From NCBI RefSeq assembly GCF_035594765.1, contig NC_085846.1:99993190-100057189 (forward strand): a stretch of 64,000 nt of DNA, given 5' to 3'. Numbering within the stretch: the stretch's first letter is position 1; each line of letters begins with the position of its first letter. The position numbers and the translations under genes are program-made. Of this stretch, positions 51,416 through 64,000 are shown piece by piece. The DNA comes from Anolis carolinensis (lineage: Eukaryota). The notes beneath the pieces were generated by a model. That model ran no database searches, was not told the origin of the DNA, and saw only the letters and a list, made by a program, of their open reading frames with translations.

Positions 51416-53618
51416 AGGTCCCTTCCTCACAACTGTATAAAATCCCACATTATCTGCTTTGAACTGGGTTATATGGCAGTGTGGACTCAGATAACCCAGT
51501 TCAAAGCAGATATTGTTGATTATCTGAATTGATATTTATGGTTGTATGGAAGGGCCTGACCTTTTTTTTTTAACATGGTAGTCTGAAAAGATTTTGTATT
51601 CTCACTTCTCTTCCAGTAGTTTTACTAGCTCTGCAGAACTTCCTGCCCCAGAAATTTGCAAAAGCTCGTGTGAGCTGTGGCAAAACCCTCTTGCAACACA
51701 GAAGAACCACAAAGTTGTCTTCAAGACCAACTGAATTTGAAAAAGGGTTATAAAAAGAATCATGTATAGTATCTGATTATAAAGGAGAATAAAAATGGGC
51801 AGCCCCTTTCCTTAAGGGTGTGAAAGAGGTTTCCTTTGTTATGTAGCACCATATTTATTGAATTTAACAGAACAGACATTTTAGTTACCATCATCTCACA
51901 TACTCCTTCCACAAGCCACTGTGTGACTTTTCACATGCTTTTCTTTAGCAAAGTGTCCTGTGATTATGAGCAGCATGTAGGTAGTGAGTGAATCATGCAT
52001 TCATTTTCTTTGGAAAAGTACAACATGAAGATAAAGGAAAATAGCTAGTGGTCATGCAAAAAGAACTAGTATCCCGAAACAAAACTTGAAATTCATATCT
52101 GGACAGTCAATTCAGATGGTTAATTCAGATGTCACAAAATTATCTTGTACTAGTTTTCCATGTTCTTTGCATTTTTCATTATTTTTCTTGACGAAGAGCT
52201 GTGGAGAATGTGGGAGCTTGTACAGCTTTAAATTATTCTTGAATAGGGTTAGTAAAGTAATTGCTCAAATAGGGATTGTAAAGCACATGGATCCAGCATG
52301 GTATAGTGGTTTGAATGTTTGACTACCATGTTAATGTCCATGGTTCAATGCTATGAAATCATGGGAGTTGCAGTTTGGTGAGGCACCAATTCCCATGATT
52401 CTGTAGCATTTAGTCATGGATGTTAAAGTGGTGTCAAACCGCATCCGTTCTAAAGTGTAGATGCACCCAGTATTTTCCCATGTATCTTATTTGAACTACA
52501 CTACATTGGGCTTGTTGCTTGTTATTCATATTATAGTGAAAGCATTTCTGGTGGTTGCAAGGTAATTTCCTCAAGTGAGGTCCTGATACATTTTGAAACT
52601 GAAGCCTTATTTGAAGGCATCACGTTTTAGTATGGGCCAAGGAATACTGTGTCTATTGTTTTTTATTTTGATATTTCCTAGAAACTAGGCATATTTTGTC
52701 CTTATTTTTTATGCTTGCCATTGTTTTTTTTTAAGATCCACCTTTTCCTAACTAATTGTCACACCCACACTGTAAAATCCTAATAATCTTCTACAGGAAC
52801 TCCAGAGTTACATTTGTAAGAAAAAGAGTCCACTTCTTACTGCTTCTTTTTCTATAAAGGGGTGAGCATTATGTGGCCCCACTATATTGCTTGATTGTCT
52901 AGTTAGTATGTATCATAATAAGGGCTGTTCATAATAGGAATTGCGATTCAAAGATATATGGGGGGCCACATTCTCAACCGCTGTTCTCTGGTCATAGTTT
53001 CTGCACCTTTTAGAAATTTAAAAACAGGAATGTTAGGGTGCTTCTGGACTGTAGAATTAATGCAATTTGAATCCACTTTAATTTCAATGGCTCAGTGCTA
53101 TGAAATAATGAAGTTACAGCTTTACAAGGTCTTTAAGCTTTTTCTACCAAAAAGTACTGGCGCCTTACCAAACTATAATTTCAAGAATTCTATAGCATTA
53201 AAGTGGTATCAAACTGTATTAATTCTACAGTGAAAATTCATCCTTATTTTTCTTGACACTGAAATGCCATGATGAAGATCATAGCACCTCCTGATTTTAA
53301 CTTACTGTATAGTTGTACCAAAAGCACCGAGTCTCTGTGCATAAACAGTACATAAACAATAAAGTACATAATGTATGCCGTTTATACCTTAAAGATATGC
53401 TCCTTGGCTGAATGGCTACTGGTATTTCTGGGATATTTTCAGAACGTTATCAATTTTGTCTGTTCAGCTACTCTAGGTCACCATCAAATAAGTCACTATT
53501 GCTCATAACTGGTCCTGTATATGGAAAAACATAATATGAGCAACTAGACATCTAGATATTTTTCCAATTTTGGGGTGATTCTAAATAGATAGAATTACCC
53601 CAGAATCTGGAGGACTTA

Positions 53619-53768
53619 GGCCCCTTCCACACAGCTGAATAAAATCCCACAATATCTGCTTTGAACTGGGCTATATGGCAGTGTGGACTCAGATAACCCA
53701 ATTTAAAGCAGATCCTGAGAGCTATTCTGTCTTGATATTCTGGGTTATATGGCTGTGTGGAAAGACCC
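53619..53768. mobile_element. PIF/Harbinger-like MITE with GGCCCCTTCCACACAGC TIR; other copies ~48630-48747, 49557-50597, ~51417-51558, ~53947-54090
   Basis: Shared TIR and internal tatctgctttgaactggg palindromes; T-N-A flanks. Confidence 0.6.
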
Positions 53769-55236
53769 AGAGATTTTTAAAGAAGGAACTTCTCTAGAAA
53801 TTTGCAGGGAACTTCCGATGGAGGTCATTCCATTTCTATAGGGTTCACTATTATCCATGGTTTCTTGTTTCCACAGTAAGTTCAGGAACATATCCATTAT
53901 GGATATGGGGATCACATGTTATGTGCCCCTTTTCCATACTTCCAAAAGGCCCCTCCATACCCAGAATATATCCCAGAATATCAAGGCAGAAAATCCCATA
54001 ATATCTGCTTTGATTTGTGTCCACACTGCCATACATTCCAGTTCAAAGCAGATAATGTGGGATTTTATTTAGCTGTGTGGGAGAGGCCAAAGTGACCCCA
54101 CAACACATGTAATACAAAACAACAGTTGCATCAATCATCATTACAATAAGCATTTGAATACTAGTTCATTTCAGAACATAACAGAGCAGTCCAAATAAAC
54201 AATTCATTTCTGTTATATTAACATCATAAAATGTAAATGCATCATGAAATAGTCAACTGGTAGAATGTATAGACTGTCAAAATCTATGAGAGAGTCAGAT
54301 ATGATAGAACCTTTTGATGCAGTCTCATATCAACTAGAGTAGAGTCTCACTTATCCAACATAAACGGGCCGGCAGAACGTTGGATAAGTGAATATGTTGG
54401 ATAATAAGGAGGGATCAAGGAAAAGCCTATTAAACATCAAATTAGTTAATGATTTAACAAATTAAGCACCAAAACATCATGTTATACAACAAATTAGACA
54501 GAAAAAGTAGTTCAATACACAGTAATGCTATGCTGTAATTACTGTATTTACGAATTTAGCACCAAAATATCATGATGTATTGAAAACATTGACTACAAAA
54601 ATGCATTGGATAATCCAGAACGTTGGATAAGCTAATGTTGGATAAGTGAGACTCTATTGTAATAGCAGAACCAGTAGTTAGTTCATCAAAAAGGCCACGT
54701 GTAGGAAATAGCAATGAGATGGATAGTAAAATAAGCAAATAAATAGAATGTAATTTGGATTTAGGAATGATGAGATCATATACTGTATATATCTTCACAT
54801 TATTTCTTCTATAGCTCTATACTCAATTGAGAGGGCACAAAATACATCTGGCAGCACTTGGAGACAGGGGCTCTTTGTCCCAGAACATGCAAGAATTATT
54901 ATAGGTTATAATTAGACACTGTAATTTTTTTTAAAGAAAGACTGAGTGCATTCAGATAGCTTATCCTTAGCCTACAATTTCTCCCTAATAGGTAACATGT
55001 ATCAAAGGGGTTGTTCATTTGGACATACCCTGTATTTAGATATGTTTTTACCTGCCCAAGCTATACATGGGTGTGCTCTGACAAGGAAAAAAGTGTCATG
55101 TAAACTGCCAAACATTTAGTTCTACCATGACTCTGTCTATACTTCAAGTGCATCTACAGTGTAGAATTCATGCAGGTTGACATCACTTTAACTGCCATGG
55201 ATTAATGCTATGAAGTTTTACAAGATCTGTAGAAAT

Positions 55237-55580
55237 AAAAGGTAAAGGTAAATGTCTCCCCTGACGTTAAGTCCAGTCGTGACCGACTCTGGGGGTTGGT
55301 GCTCATCTCCATTTCTAAGCCGAAGAGCCAGCATTGTCCGTAGACACCTCCAAGGTCATGTGGGGTCATGTGGCCAGCATGACTGCATGGAGCGCCATTA
55401 CCTTCCCGCCGGTGCGGTACCTATTGATCTACTCACATTTTCATGTTTCCAAACTGCTAGGTTAGCAGGAGCTGGGGCTAACAGCGGGCGCTCATTCCAC
55501 TCCTGGGATTTGGACCTGGGACCTTTTGGTCCGCAAGTTCAGCAGCTCAGCACTTTAACACACTGTGCCACCAGGGGCCC
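55237..55580 (-). mobile_element. Sauria SINE inserted into a palindromic MITE (~55149-55688)
   Basis: TSD tagaaata; host TIR gtgcatctacagtgtagaatt / aattctacattgttgatgcacc. Confidence 0.88.
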
Positions 55581-57018
55581 AATAGAAATAGTCTCTGCCA
55601 AATAGTCCTGGTGCCTACATTCAAAGATCCCATAGCACTTAGTTAAAGTGGTGTCAGACTGCATTAATTCTACATTGTTGATGCACCCTCAGTCATACAC
55701 CATTGCACCATCCACTCAAAGTAGTTCTCTAGGCTCTTAGGCAGAATTTTTCCCCATCACTTATTTACCTGATCACCTATTTACCAGTTCCTTTTTAACT
55801 TGAGATGTCAGTGTTTTAGTTTGAGACATCCTGCTTGCAAAATATGTATGGTATCCTGATTTCTGTGGCAACTTTAAAACATGTTAGGGTTGTGGAAGTC
55901 TCTGCAAGGTGTCTGCCATGTTCTTGTTCATATAGTGTGCCATTTTAGCCAAATACATGCCGAAGGAGAAAAAGTGGCCAAAACGATTGTATTAAATGGC
56001 CCAGTGTTGTTATATGAGTAAATTAAGACCGCCTGTATAATAGATTCAGGTACTTCTGTTTATAGTGAAACTAAGATTCAGCAGTGGTTATTAGTTGCCA
56101 GTGAATGTCCCTAGTCAACAGATTTCCATCCTGAGAATGCACCACTGCAGTTTACTTCTGTTCTCCCATCAGACATAAGAGGCACCTACAAAGCCTGCAT
56201 TACAAGATAGATGCATTATCAAGTCATAGTGGAAAAGAAATGGTCATTTGCAAGGTTTGTTTATTTATTTACTTTGTTTAATATCCCACCCTCCTTCCCT
56301 CATTGAGGGACTCAGAGCAGCTAACACTTGTCAACAATTTGGTGCCATTCAAACTTAGGACAATACAAAATCAAATTATATGTAACACAAACAATACAAT
56401 TTCTAACAACTCATATAAAACAACAGTACATAATAGCACATTATTAAAACCAGCTATATTAAAAACCAGCTATATGAAGGAAGGCTCTCACTGGAGCACT
56501 GTTGAGAACAGTTAGCTAACCCTTGATCCAGAAAGCTTCGTGAGGGGTGTGGAAGGATCCTCTTTAGCAATTGGAGGAAAAGCTGTAACCTTTTAATAGT
56601 TAAACCACCGTTACATGAACTTTTGCATTAGAGAAAAGATAAACATCTTGAAATAAAATTGTGGTGTCTTTGCTTCACACGCTAAGGGTGAGATGGTGGA
56701 TAGAAGATTTATCTGAAAAGATAGCTTTGTATCTTGAGGAGGTAACTGTTTATTGTCTATCAGCCTGAATTTATAAACAGACACAAAAATCAATCAGAGT
56801 TGGAGTAGAAAATATTATAGAATTAACAGTAGCTCTTTAGATAGCTGTACAAATTAAGAGGAAATAATGCTTTAACTCTTTGCTTATTTGCACACTGATA
56901 GATGGCAAAGGACTACTACAACAGTTTATGAGCTTGTGGGAAGTCAGGAATGAGGGCAATAGATCCATATTAATCCTCTTCCTGCCTGTGTGCATTCAGC
57001 TTGTATGGTTCTGGGCTA

Positions 57019-57571
57019 CAGGCAGTCCCCAATTTATAAACAAGATAGGTTCTATAGGTTTGTTCTTAAGTTTAATTTGTATGTAAATCAGAACAGTACA
57101 TTTTAAGTGTGATTCCAGATATATCAGTGGTTCTCAACCTTTGGGCCGCCAGGTTTTTTGGAGTCTTCAGCTTCCACAGTTCCTAACAGCTGGTAAGATG
57201 ACTGGGATTTCTTGGAGTTGAAATCCAAAACACCTGGAGGCCCAGAGGTTGGAAACCACTGAGATAGATAGATATAAAAGCTTTGGATAGCATAGGGTCA
57301 CCACCCCTGTGGGGTTTGTTTTGCTGTTTGTGCCCTGTTCAGAAGATTTCACCTCACTTTCTGTCCCTATGATCATTAGAATTTGAAGATTTTCGCTTGT
57401 TGTGGAAACAAGGATTGGCAATAAAGCTTCAGTGGAGACACCTTTTTTCCATGATAACACTTTCAGGAGTAAATTTCCCTTCAAAAGGGTAGATTTCTTT
57501 CACTTCCTGTTGTCTCACCCCCGTTCTTGACTATGAGTCAAGTTGGATGTTTGTAATTTGGGGACTGCCTG
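57019..57571. mobile_element. Tigger-like element with nested hAT MITE
   Basis: TA-CAGGCAGTCCCCAA...TTGGGGACTGCCTG-TA. Confidence 0.7.
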
Positions 57572-60500
57572 TACTATGGGTAAATTGCACAAAGTGGTCC
57601 CTGGCCAAAATGGTCCCTGGTCAAAAAAAGATTGGGAACCACTGGGCTAAAGCAAACTGATCAGATCTTCCTCATTAATAACATTTGCCATCTTGACCAC
57701 ACTTTGATGTTCATGGCCACACATCTTCCAGTGTTTAACGTTGACATGTTGAAGGACATGATGTGCCTGTCAGAAAGAAGTACATGTGGTGATTTTAATC
57801 CAGTGTCCAGAACACTCTTAACATCCAGCCCCCGATATCAACTCTGACAGGGAGCGCCTGTCCGAGTTTCAGGCAGAGCTTTTTTCAAACTTTCCCTTGA
57901 ATTACTTGCTCTTACATTTGAATACCAAACAGACTCAAACCTGCTTATTTTCCAAATTAAAGACTAAAAGGAGACTGGACACCATATGCTATGTGATGAT
58001 CAAAATCTTTTTTCTTTAAAAAGCCCAGTGCATTTTAGTCTCATCATAGGGGCTTTCTTCAGAAATTTCTGAAGTTGCAATATGCAGACTATACAAGAAA
58101 ATATGTATGTATTAAAAGAAAGGAGGCATTTTAAGAAGGCCACTTTGTGATAAGGTTGAAACAGGTTGGACTTTTTTTTTTAAAAATAGAACGCGTAGCC
58201 CTTTTGTTTTTTTACTGTAACTATGTGCTTTCCAGTTCTTTGTTTTGTTACTTTCCAAATTAGAAAACACTGGGTATGTTCAGGGTAGCAACTGGACCCA
58301 TCTAGATTACAAGCTGTGAGTCTGTCAGTAAATGCATAATAGACCAGTGGGATTGTGTTGATTGTGTAGTTCAGTGTTGTGAAGAAGATTTTCATTAATT
58401 CTAATGGAGCCAAAGCCTGTTATGTCAGGCAAGGGTACTGAGAGCTCATACAGTTATACTCATGCTGGGTAATAATAGCATTGTTTTCGCACTTCCTGCT
58501 ATCTCCCACAGTCTAAATACTCAGGATCTTGACTCCTTGTTTGTTCTTGGTGGATACTTTTGGATCTAGGGTTAGCTGCATGGCATATCTCTCCAACCTC
58601 ATAGCATGGGCACTAATGGAAAAATACCTTCTGTTCCCCTGCTTCCTACCATGTGATGCAGTGCCAAATTACTGTTGATCTGCCATCTTGCCTTCTACCA
58701 AGCTGACAACCGTGTTCCCATCTTACTACTACTTGGTGCAAGAAATCTGTCTCTGTGTTTCCATCCTACTGCTTTACAGCTCCAACGCTGCACATTTCTC
58801 CCAACTCTTATTGTGGACTATGGCCCCCACAATGTGAGCCTTGTAGAACAATACCAAGTTCAATTTCAAAATGCTGTTACATGGCATTAATAAACAACAC
58901 CAAACTAAGTAAGGAAATTGCCATGTTAACAAATTCACCAATTAGAAATATGCATCTGAGCTCATGTTGCCGTTTAGCATGAAGAATAATCTTTGGATAG
59001 CTATAAATCCATCCTGCCTGAAGGGAAATTTTTATTTGATTTCATACTAATCAGTTTTGGATGTCAGGAATTACAGTTGCTGATAGCCCATCTGTTTGCT
59101 GGTAAGATTCGGAATTTCTGGGGCTTTTTATAGAATGGATGCAGTGAATGCTAAAACAAAGGAAAGAAGACTTATCTCACGTATTTCTCTTACCACTTAC
59201 TAAATTATAACATTAGCATTTGAGAAGAGTCCTTCTGAGTTCTAAACCAATGAGGTATGATAGGGAAGACTTTACTGTCAGTTTTTTGGTGTATAGAATA
59301 GCACTGGACTAACAGTTAAGCTAAAATGCTCGTCTGTTTCCTCTTGTGTTTAAAGTATGATGAATTTTCCCCAGTAATGTGTTATTGGGGTGAAAGAATT
59401 CTAAAATGCTCATTGTGTATTCCTCATGAGAAACAATCTGATTGTTTATACTATACTGTTATATAGTTACAAACATCCCACTTCCAAAAAACTCACAGTG
59501 AAGAACAGGGGTGAGACAATAGGAAGCGAGAAGGAGAATTCACCCCGGAAAGAGTTATCATGGGGGAAAGATATATATAGCGCTGGAGTTACACTTGTAC
59601 CTGTTCTGACTTACATAAACATTCAATTTAAGAACAAAGCTACAAATCCTATCTTGTTCATAACTTGGGAATAACTGTATAATGATTCTATAACTGTGTT
59701 TAGCTCAATTTGGATAGAAGGGACATTTGTGCAATATGAGATGGAGATCAGACTATTTCCTATAGTGCAAAATATGTGATATTATATTGAAAAAAATTAA
59801 AGAAATTAATGCCAAGCTTAGGTGACAGTATATATGGCAGATTTAGAGTGTTTCACAATGTAATACAATTACATTGTGTTACTTCTGCATTAACACAATG
59901 GGTCATTGAATTGAGTATCATCAGTTATTGGCACCCTTCAGTAGCTTGAAATGTGAGGCAGGAACAATTTTGCTCATACAGGAATTCAGGATTTACTTAA
60001 ACAAAAGGATTTGAACTCATCCATGGTGCTGATAAGCAGAAGGCAATGGCCTGCGAGCATTTACTAAATCGCACCATTTGGTTTGCTGTGCAAGGTGTTT
60101 ACTGGAAGGCTGAGAGGGAGTTGGCAAAAGGATCCCAGCTATTTCCCAATCAGTGTCCTAGACAAAGTGCTATGCATTTTTCTGGTAATTTGGAAGTATT
60201 CGTGGATTCTGGCGGAAAGCTTCACCACAGCTGGCAATGGAAAAATGCCACTTCATCTGCAGTCATGCATTCGTTTTTGTTGCTCAAGTGAAACCAGCCT
60301 CTTCGAATAGAGCTGCCCAATTGATATTAATCTCATCATTATCTCATAAATATGAACCAGTCTAAATGACATCTTACTAAGCTATATGCCTAAAGGGGCC
60401 TTCTTGCTCATTTCTTTCTCTAGCAATTACCATATCTGCTCAGATCACTGATCTCTTCTGTGTGTCAGTAACATACTGCATTGCCATTGTTCATTTAGCA

Positions 60501-60949
60501 TTCGGAGCCTTGTGGGGTGTGCTGGAATATTGCAGACATTTCTCAATTGTATGGATATCAGCCATGAACTCATGACTGGAGCTATTGCTTTCCAGAAGAG
60601 AATGGACCATTTTTCTATCTATTAATTCTGAGCTTGGTTAATTTTTCTCCATGATCGACAATGGGTTAAAATACTGAGAGCTAGGGAGAAAAATAATTGG
60701 AATTCACTGTGGCAGAATGTGGAATAAACAGTCACTTTTCATCGTTTGTGATGTATTTCTTGCCACATGAACTTAAGGATCCAGTTCTAATTTAGTTTAT
60801 TTGAAGTTCAAAGGCACTTACTTCCAAAATGGATTTTGGCTTATGTTTATTTTTCAGGGTCTTTGCAATTTAAATTTTTTTTAAACCAACTTGACCACAC
60901 TTTTTAAATGCCTGGATAACTAATGATGAATATTAATAGTGTGTATATG

Positions 60950-62085
60950 TGTGTGTCTTAGGCGATCCCTTGTTGTCCGAGTACGATTGTCTTCCAGGTG
61001 TAGTGTCCTGGCGGTGGATATGTAGGTGACTGTAGAGCCCTATTCTTGAACTGCATGTTCTTCCACAGTGAGGACATCGGTTTTCTCTTGGCTCATTTTG
61101 CCCTTTCGCTCTCCATTCGTGCCTCTTCAAATTCCACAGCATTGCTGGTCACAGCTGCAAGATACTTCACTTCAAATGCAAGATACTTCACTTCGGCAGA
61201 AAAAATGGAAATCAAAGATACAGAATGGGGGACGCCTGGCTTGACAGCAGTGTGTGCGAAAAAGACCTTGGAGTCCTCGTGGACAACAAGTTAAACATGA
61301 GCCAACAATGTGATGCGGCAGCTAAAAAAGCCAATGGGATTCTGGCCTGCATCAATAGGGGAATAGCGTCTAGATCCAGGGAAGTCATGCTACCCCTCTA
61401 TTCTGCCTTGGTCAGACCACACCTGGAATACTGTGTCCAATTTTAGGCACCGCAGTTGAAGGGAGATGTTGACAAGCTGGAAAGCGTCCAGAGGAGGGAG
61501 ACTAAAATGACTAAGGGTCTGGAGAACAAGCCCTATGAGGAGCGGCTTAAAGAGCTGGGCATGTTTAGCCTGCAGAAGAGAAGGCTGCGAGGAGACATTA
61601 TAGCCATGTACAAATATGTGAGGGGAAGTCATAGAGAGGAGGGAGCAAGCTTGTTTTCTAGCCCTGCAGACTAGGACGCGGAACAATGGCTTCAAACTAC
61701 AGGAAAGGAGATTCCACCTGAACATCAGGAAGAACTTCCTCACTGTGAGGGCTGTTCGACAGTGGAACTCTCTCCCCCGGGCTGTGGTGGAGGCTCCTTC
61801 CTTGGAGGCTTTTAAGCAGAGGCTGGATGGCCATCTGTCGGGGGTGCTTTGAATGCGATTTCCTGCTTCTTAGCGGGGGGTTGGACTAGATGGCCCATGA
61901 GGTCGCTTCCAACTCTACTATTCTATGATTCTACAGCTAACCTCCAGCTAGAGCGCTTAAGGGCCAGGGCTTCCCAGTTGTTGGTGTCTATGCCACAGTT
62001 TTCAAGGTTAGCATTAAGCCCATCTTTAAATCTCTTTTCCTGTCCACCAACATTACATTTCCCGTTCATGAGTTGGTAGTATAGT
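60950..62085 (-). mobile_element. RTE-clade LINE 3' end, split by a CR1 insertion
   Basis: [21 protein letters not shown] on the left; NVGGQEKRFKDGL...WEALAL resumes to the right of the CR1. Confidence 0.8.
61158..61933 (+). mobile_element. CR1 LINE, 5'-truncated, young
   Basis: [32 protein letters not shown]...HLEYCVQF; ttctatgattct tail; acagct on both flanks. Confidence 0.93.
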
Positions 62086-62224
62086 CACTTCTTTGAGAGA
62101 TGGTTATTGGGCATTTGGACAACGTGGCCAGTACAGCGAAGTTGACGGCACAGGAGCATTGCTTCAATGCTGTATATATACAATTCAATGCGGTATATAT
62201 ATATAATTCAATGTATGTATATAG

Positions 62225-62231
<7 letters not shown>

Positions 62232-62272
<41 letters not shown>
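62232..62272. repeat. (TG)n microsatellite
   Basis: Direct observation. Confidence 0.95.
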
Positions 62273-62277
<5 letters not shown>

Positions 62278-63850
62278 GAGTATATGTATACTATATATCG
62301 CATGTATAGTATATATGCTGTCAGTTTCTACATACACACACACATAAATATGTCTGATAGGGATTGAGCTAGTCAGTAACACAATGGTGCTTTTAGATCT
62401 GATCTCATGACATTGAACATTGATCACTTGTTAGGCAATTTTCACCAGACAGAATGAGAAGAAAAAATCTGGAGTGAGTTTAACCATTTTTCTGCTATCC
62501 TATTTCCATCTTTCCCTGGAATGATTCATTTCCACATGGAAGAAATATCAGAATTATGACTTGTGTCTTCCCCTTCTTAATCATGTGGTTGGTATATACT
62601 TTCTTTATAATGTTTTAGTTACTAGCTTGAACCTTTGCTATCTGTCTTTCTTGCTGGAAGCTAATTTCTGCTCATCTGTTACCATTTCTAGTAAACTGCT
62701 TATTAGTTTGGTTGTATTTCTCACATCACATAGCATCGTTGCATTTGTCAGCTTTTCTTCATTTGCATGTTTTGGTTCAGAAATTTTCAGACAGCTTCAG
62801 GATTAAAACATAACCTCTTGAAGTTCAAATCATTCCATTCTACTAGTAACAAAACATCCTGGATATTAACTGTGGACAGGAATAGTTGAAAAAATGATGG
62901 ACTGCTGTTCTGATAAGCAGCCTTGCTTAAGTTGAACAGACCTGGCAATAGTTAATTGCCTAACTTGAAGGTTATCTTCATATGCCACCTCATATGGCAT
63001 CATAACATACTAAATTCATCAATGACCAATTCTTGTGGTCAAGATAATAAATCATGGCCAATAAGGTCAGTGGTCATATCTTCCCAAGTATCTGGTACTT
63101 TACCATCAGTCTTGTGTCCTCCATTCTGTTTGAGGAAATCCTGTTAAAGTTGCAGTCCTGATCACGATGGCAGTCAGATTATTATAAAGTTTCAATCCTT
63201 TGTAGATTTGTAGTAGAGGTTCTCAAGATAGTGTTTTTCTATATGGCAGGTGTTCTCTAATGAGCTAAACCTTTCCAAAGAATGGCCAAGTTCTGGAAGA
63301 ATAAATAAGAGCTTTGAATTTTCTTTAAACCTCACCTGACTTGAAGTCTAACTTAGACTATGATATTATTTCTTCAGAAAATGAAAAGGTCATCCTAGGT
63401 GATCAATGGACCACTTCAGATAAAGTTTTCCAAAGGTTTTTAAAAATGAAATAGTTCATTACTATGGGTTGGTATTTAGGGTAGACTCAAGTTACCGTAT
63501 TCATCATTTAAATCCCATCAATTTCAGTGAGTCTACTCTAAATGTGACTTCACCTGGTACCAATGCAGTAAGGCGAAAGAAAAAGTTAGTTTTAAATACA
63601 ATATAGCAGCGGTTCCCAAATTGTGGTCTGTGGAGCTTTTAGGGCTCCGTGAAGCAAATTGAGGGGCTCCACGCTTCCCTTCTCCTCCCTCCTCTTCCCC
63701 TCCTCCAAGCATGCTTGGCCACAAGCCCCCACCACTGAAGCCCCCGCTGCCGAAAGTGCCTCCTTACCATGCAATCCCATTTCCTTTAGCCCCCACGCCA
63801 CCCAGTTTCTTTTCTCTTCACTCCCATGCTGCCTAGACCTCTTTCCCTTT

Positions 63851-63906
<56 letters not shown>

Positions 63907-64000
63907 GACACAAAGACAGAGTATGGCACAGCAAATTAAGTGTATATACTGGATTTCATATCAAAAAATCACAAGTCAGACACTTCCCATGTGTTTAGGA

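Noticed and set aside
49219-64000. APBB1IP coding exons
   Set aside because: No sequence resembling the RIAM N-terminus or its RA/PH domains was seen; they probably lie beyond the window, so no gene symbol was assigned.

Overview
Vertebrate genomic DNA, very probably a squamate and most likely an anole lizard, judging by the Sauria SINE, CR1, L2, RTE, Penelope, R4/Dong and MITE content. From left to right: (1) the last three coding exons and 3'UTR of GAD2/GAD65 (+, 617-6050); (2) a convergent minus-strand gene with 4 coding exons (36238-29280) that splice in phase into a 916-aa predicted secreted protein I cannot name; (3) a CpG-rich promoter and non-coding first exon at ~49.0-49.2 kb (+), which by human synteny should belong to APBB1IP, although no APBB1IP coding exon was seen. 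The 916-aa protein is the main find. Its order is signal peptide, Cys-pair repeats, Gln-core coiled coil, TNFR Cys-rich repeat, 4-Cys calcium-binding EGF, TNFR Cys-rich repeat, then three tandem ~150-aa C1q/TNF-like beta-sandwich domains. That would put TNF-receptor-like modules and a possible single-chain TNF/C1q pseudo-trimer in one polypeptide. The rest is transposon-rich, with several nested insertions. Repeat boundaries are approximate and family names come from motif recognition, not database searches.
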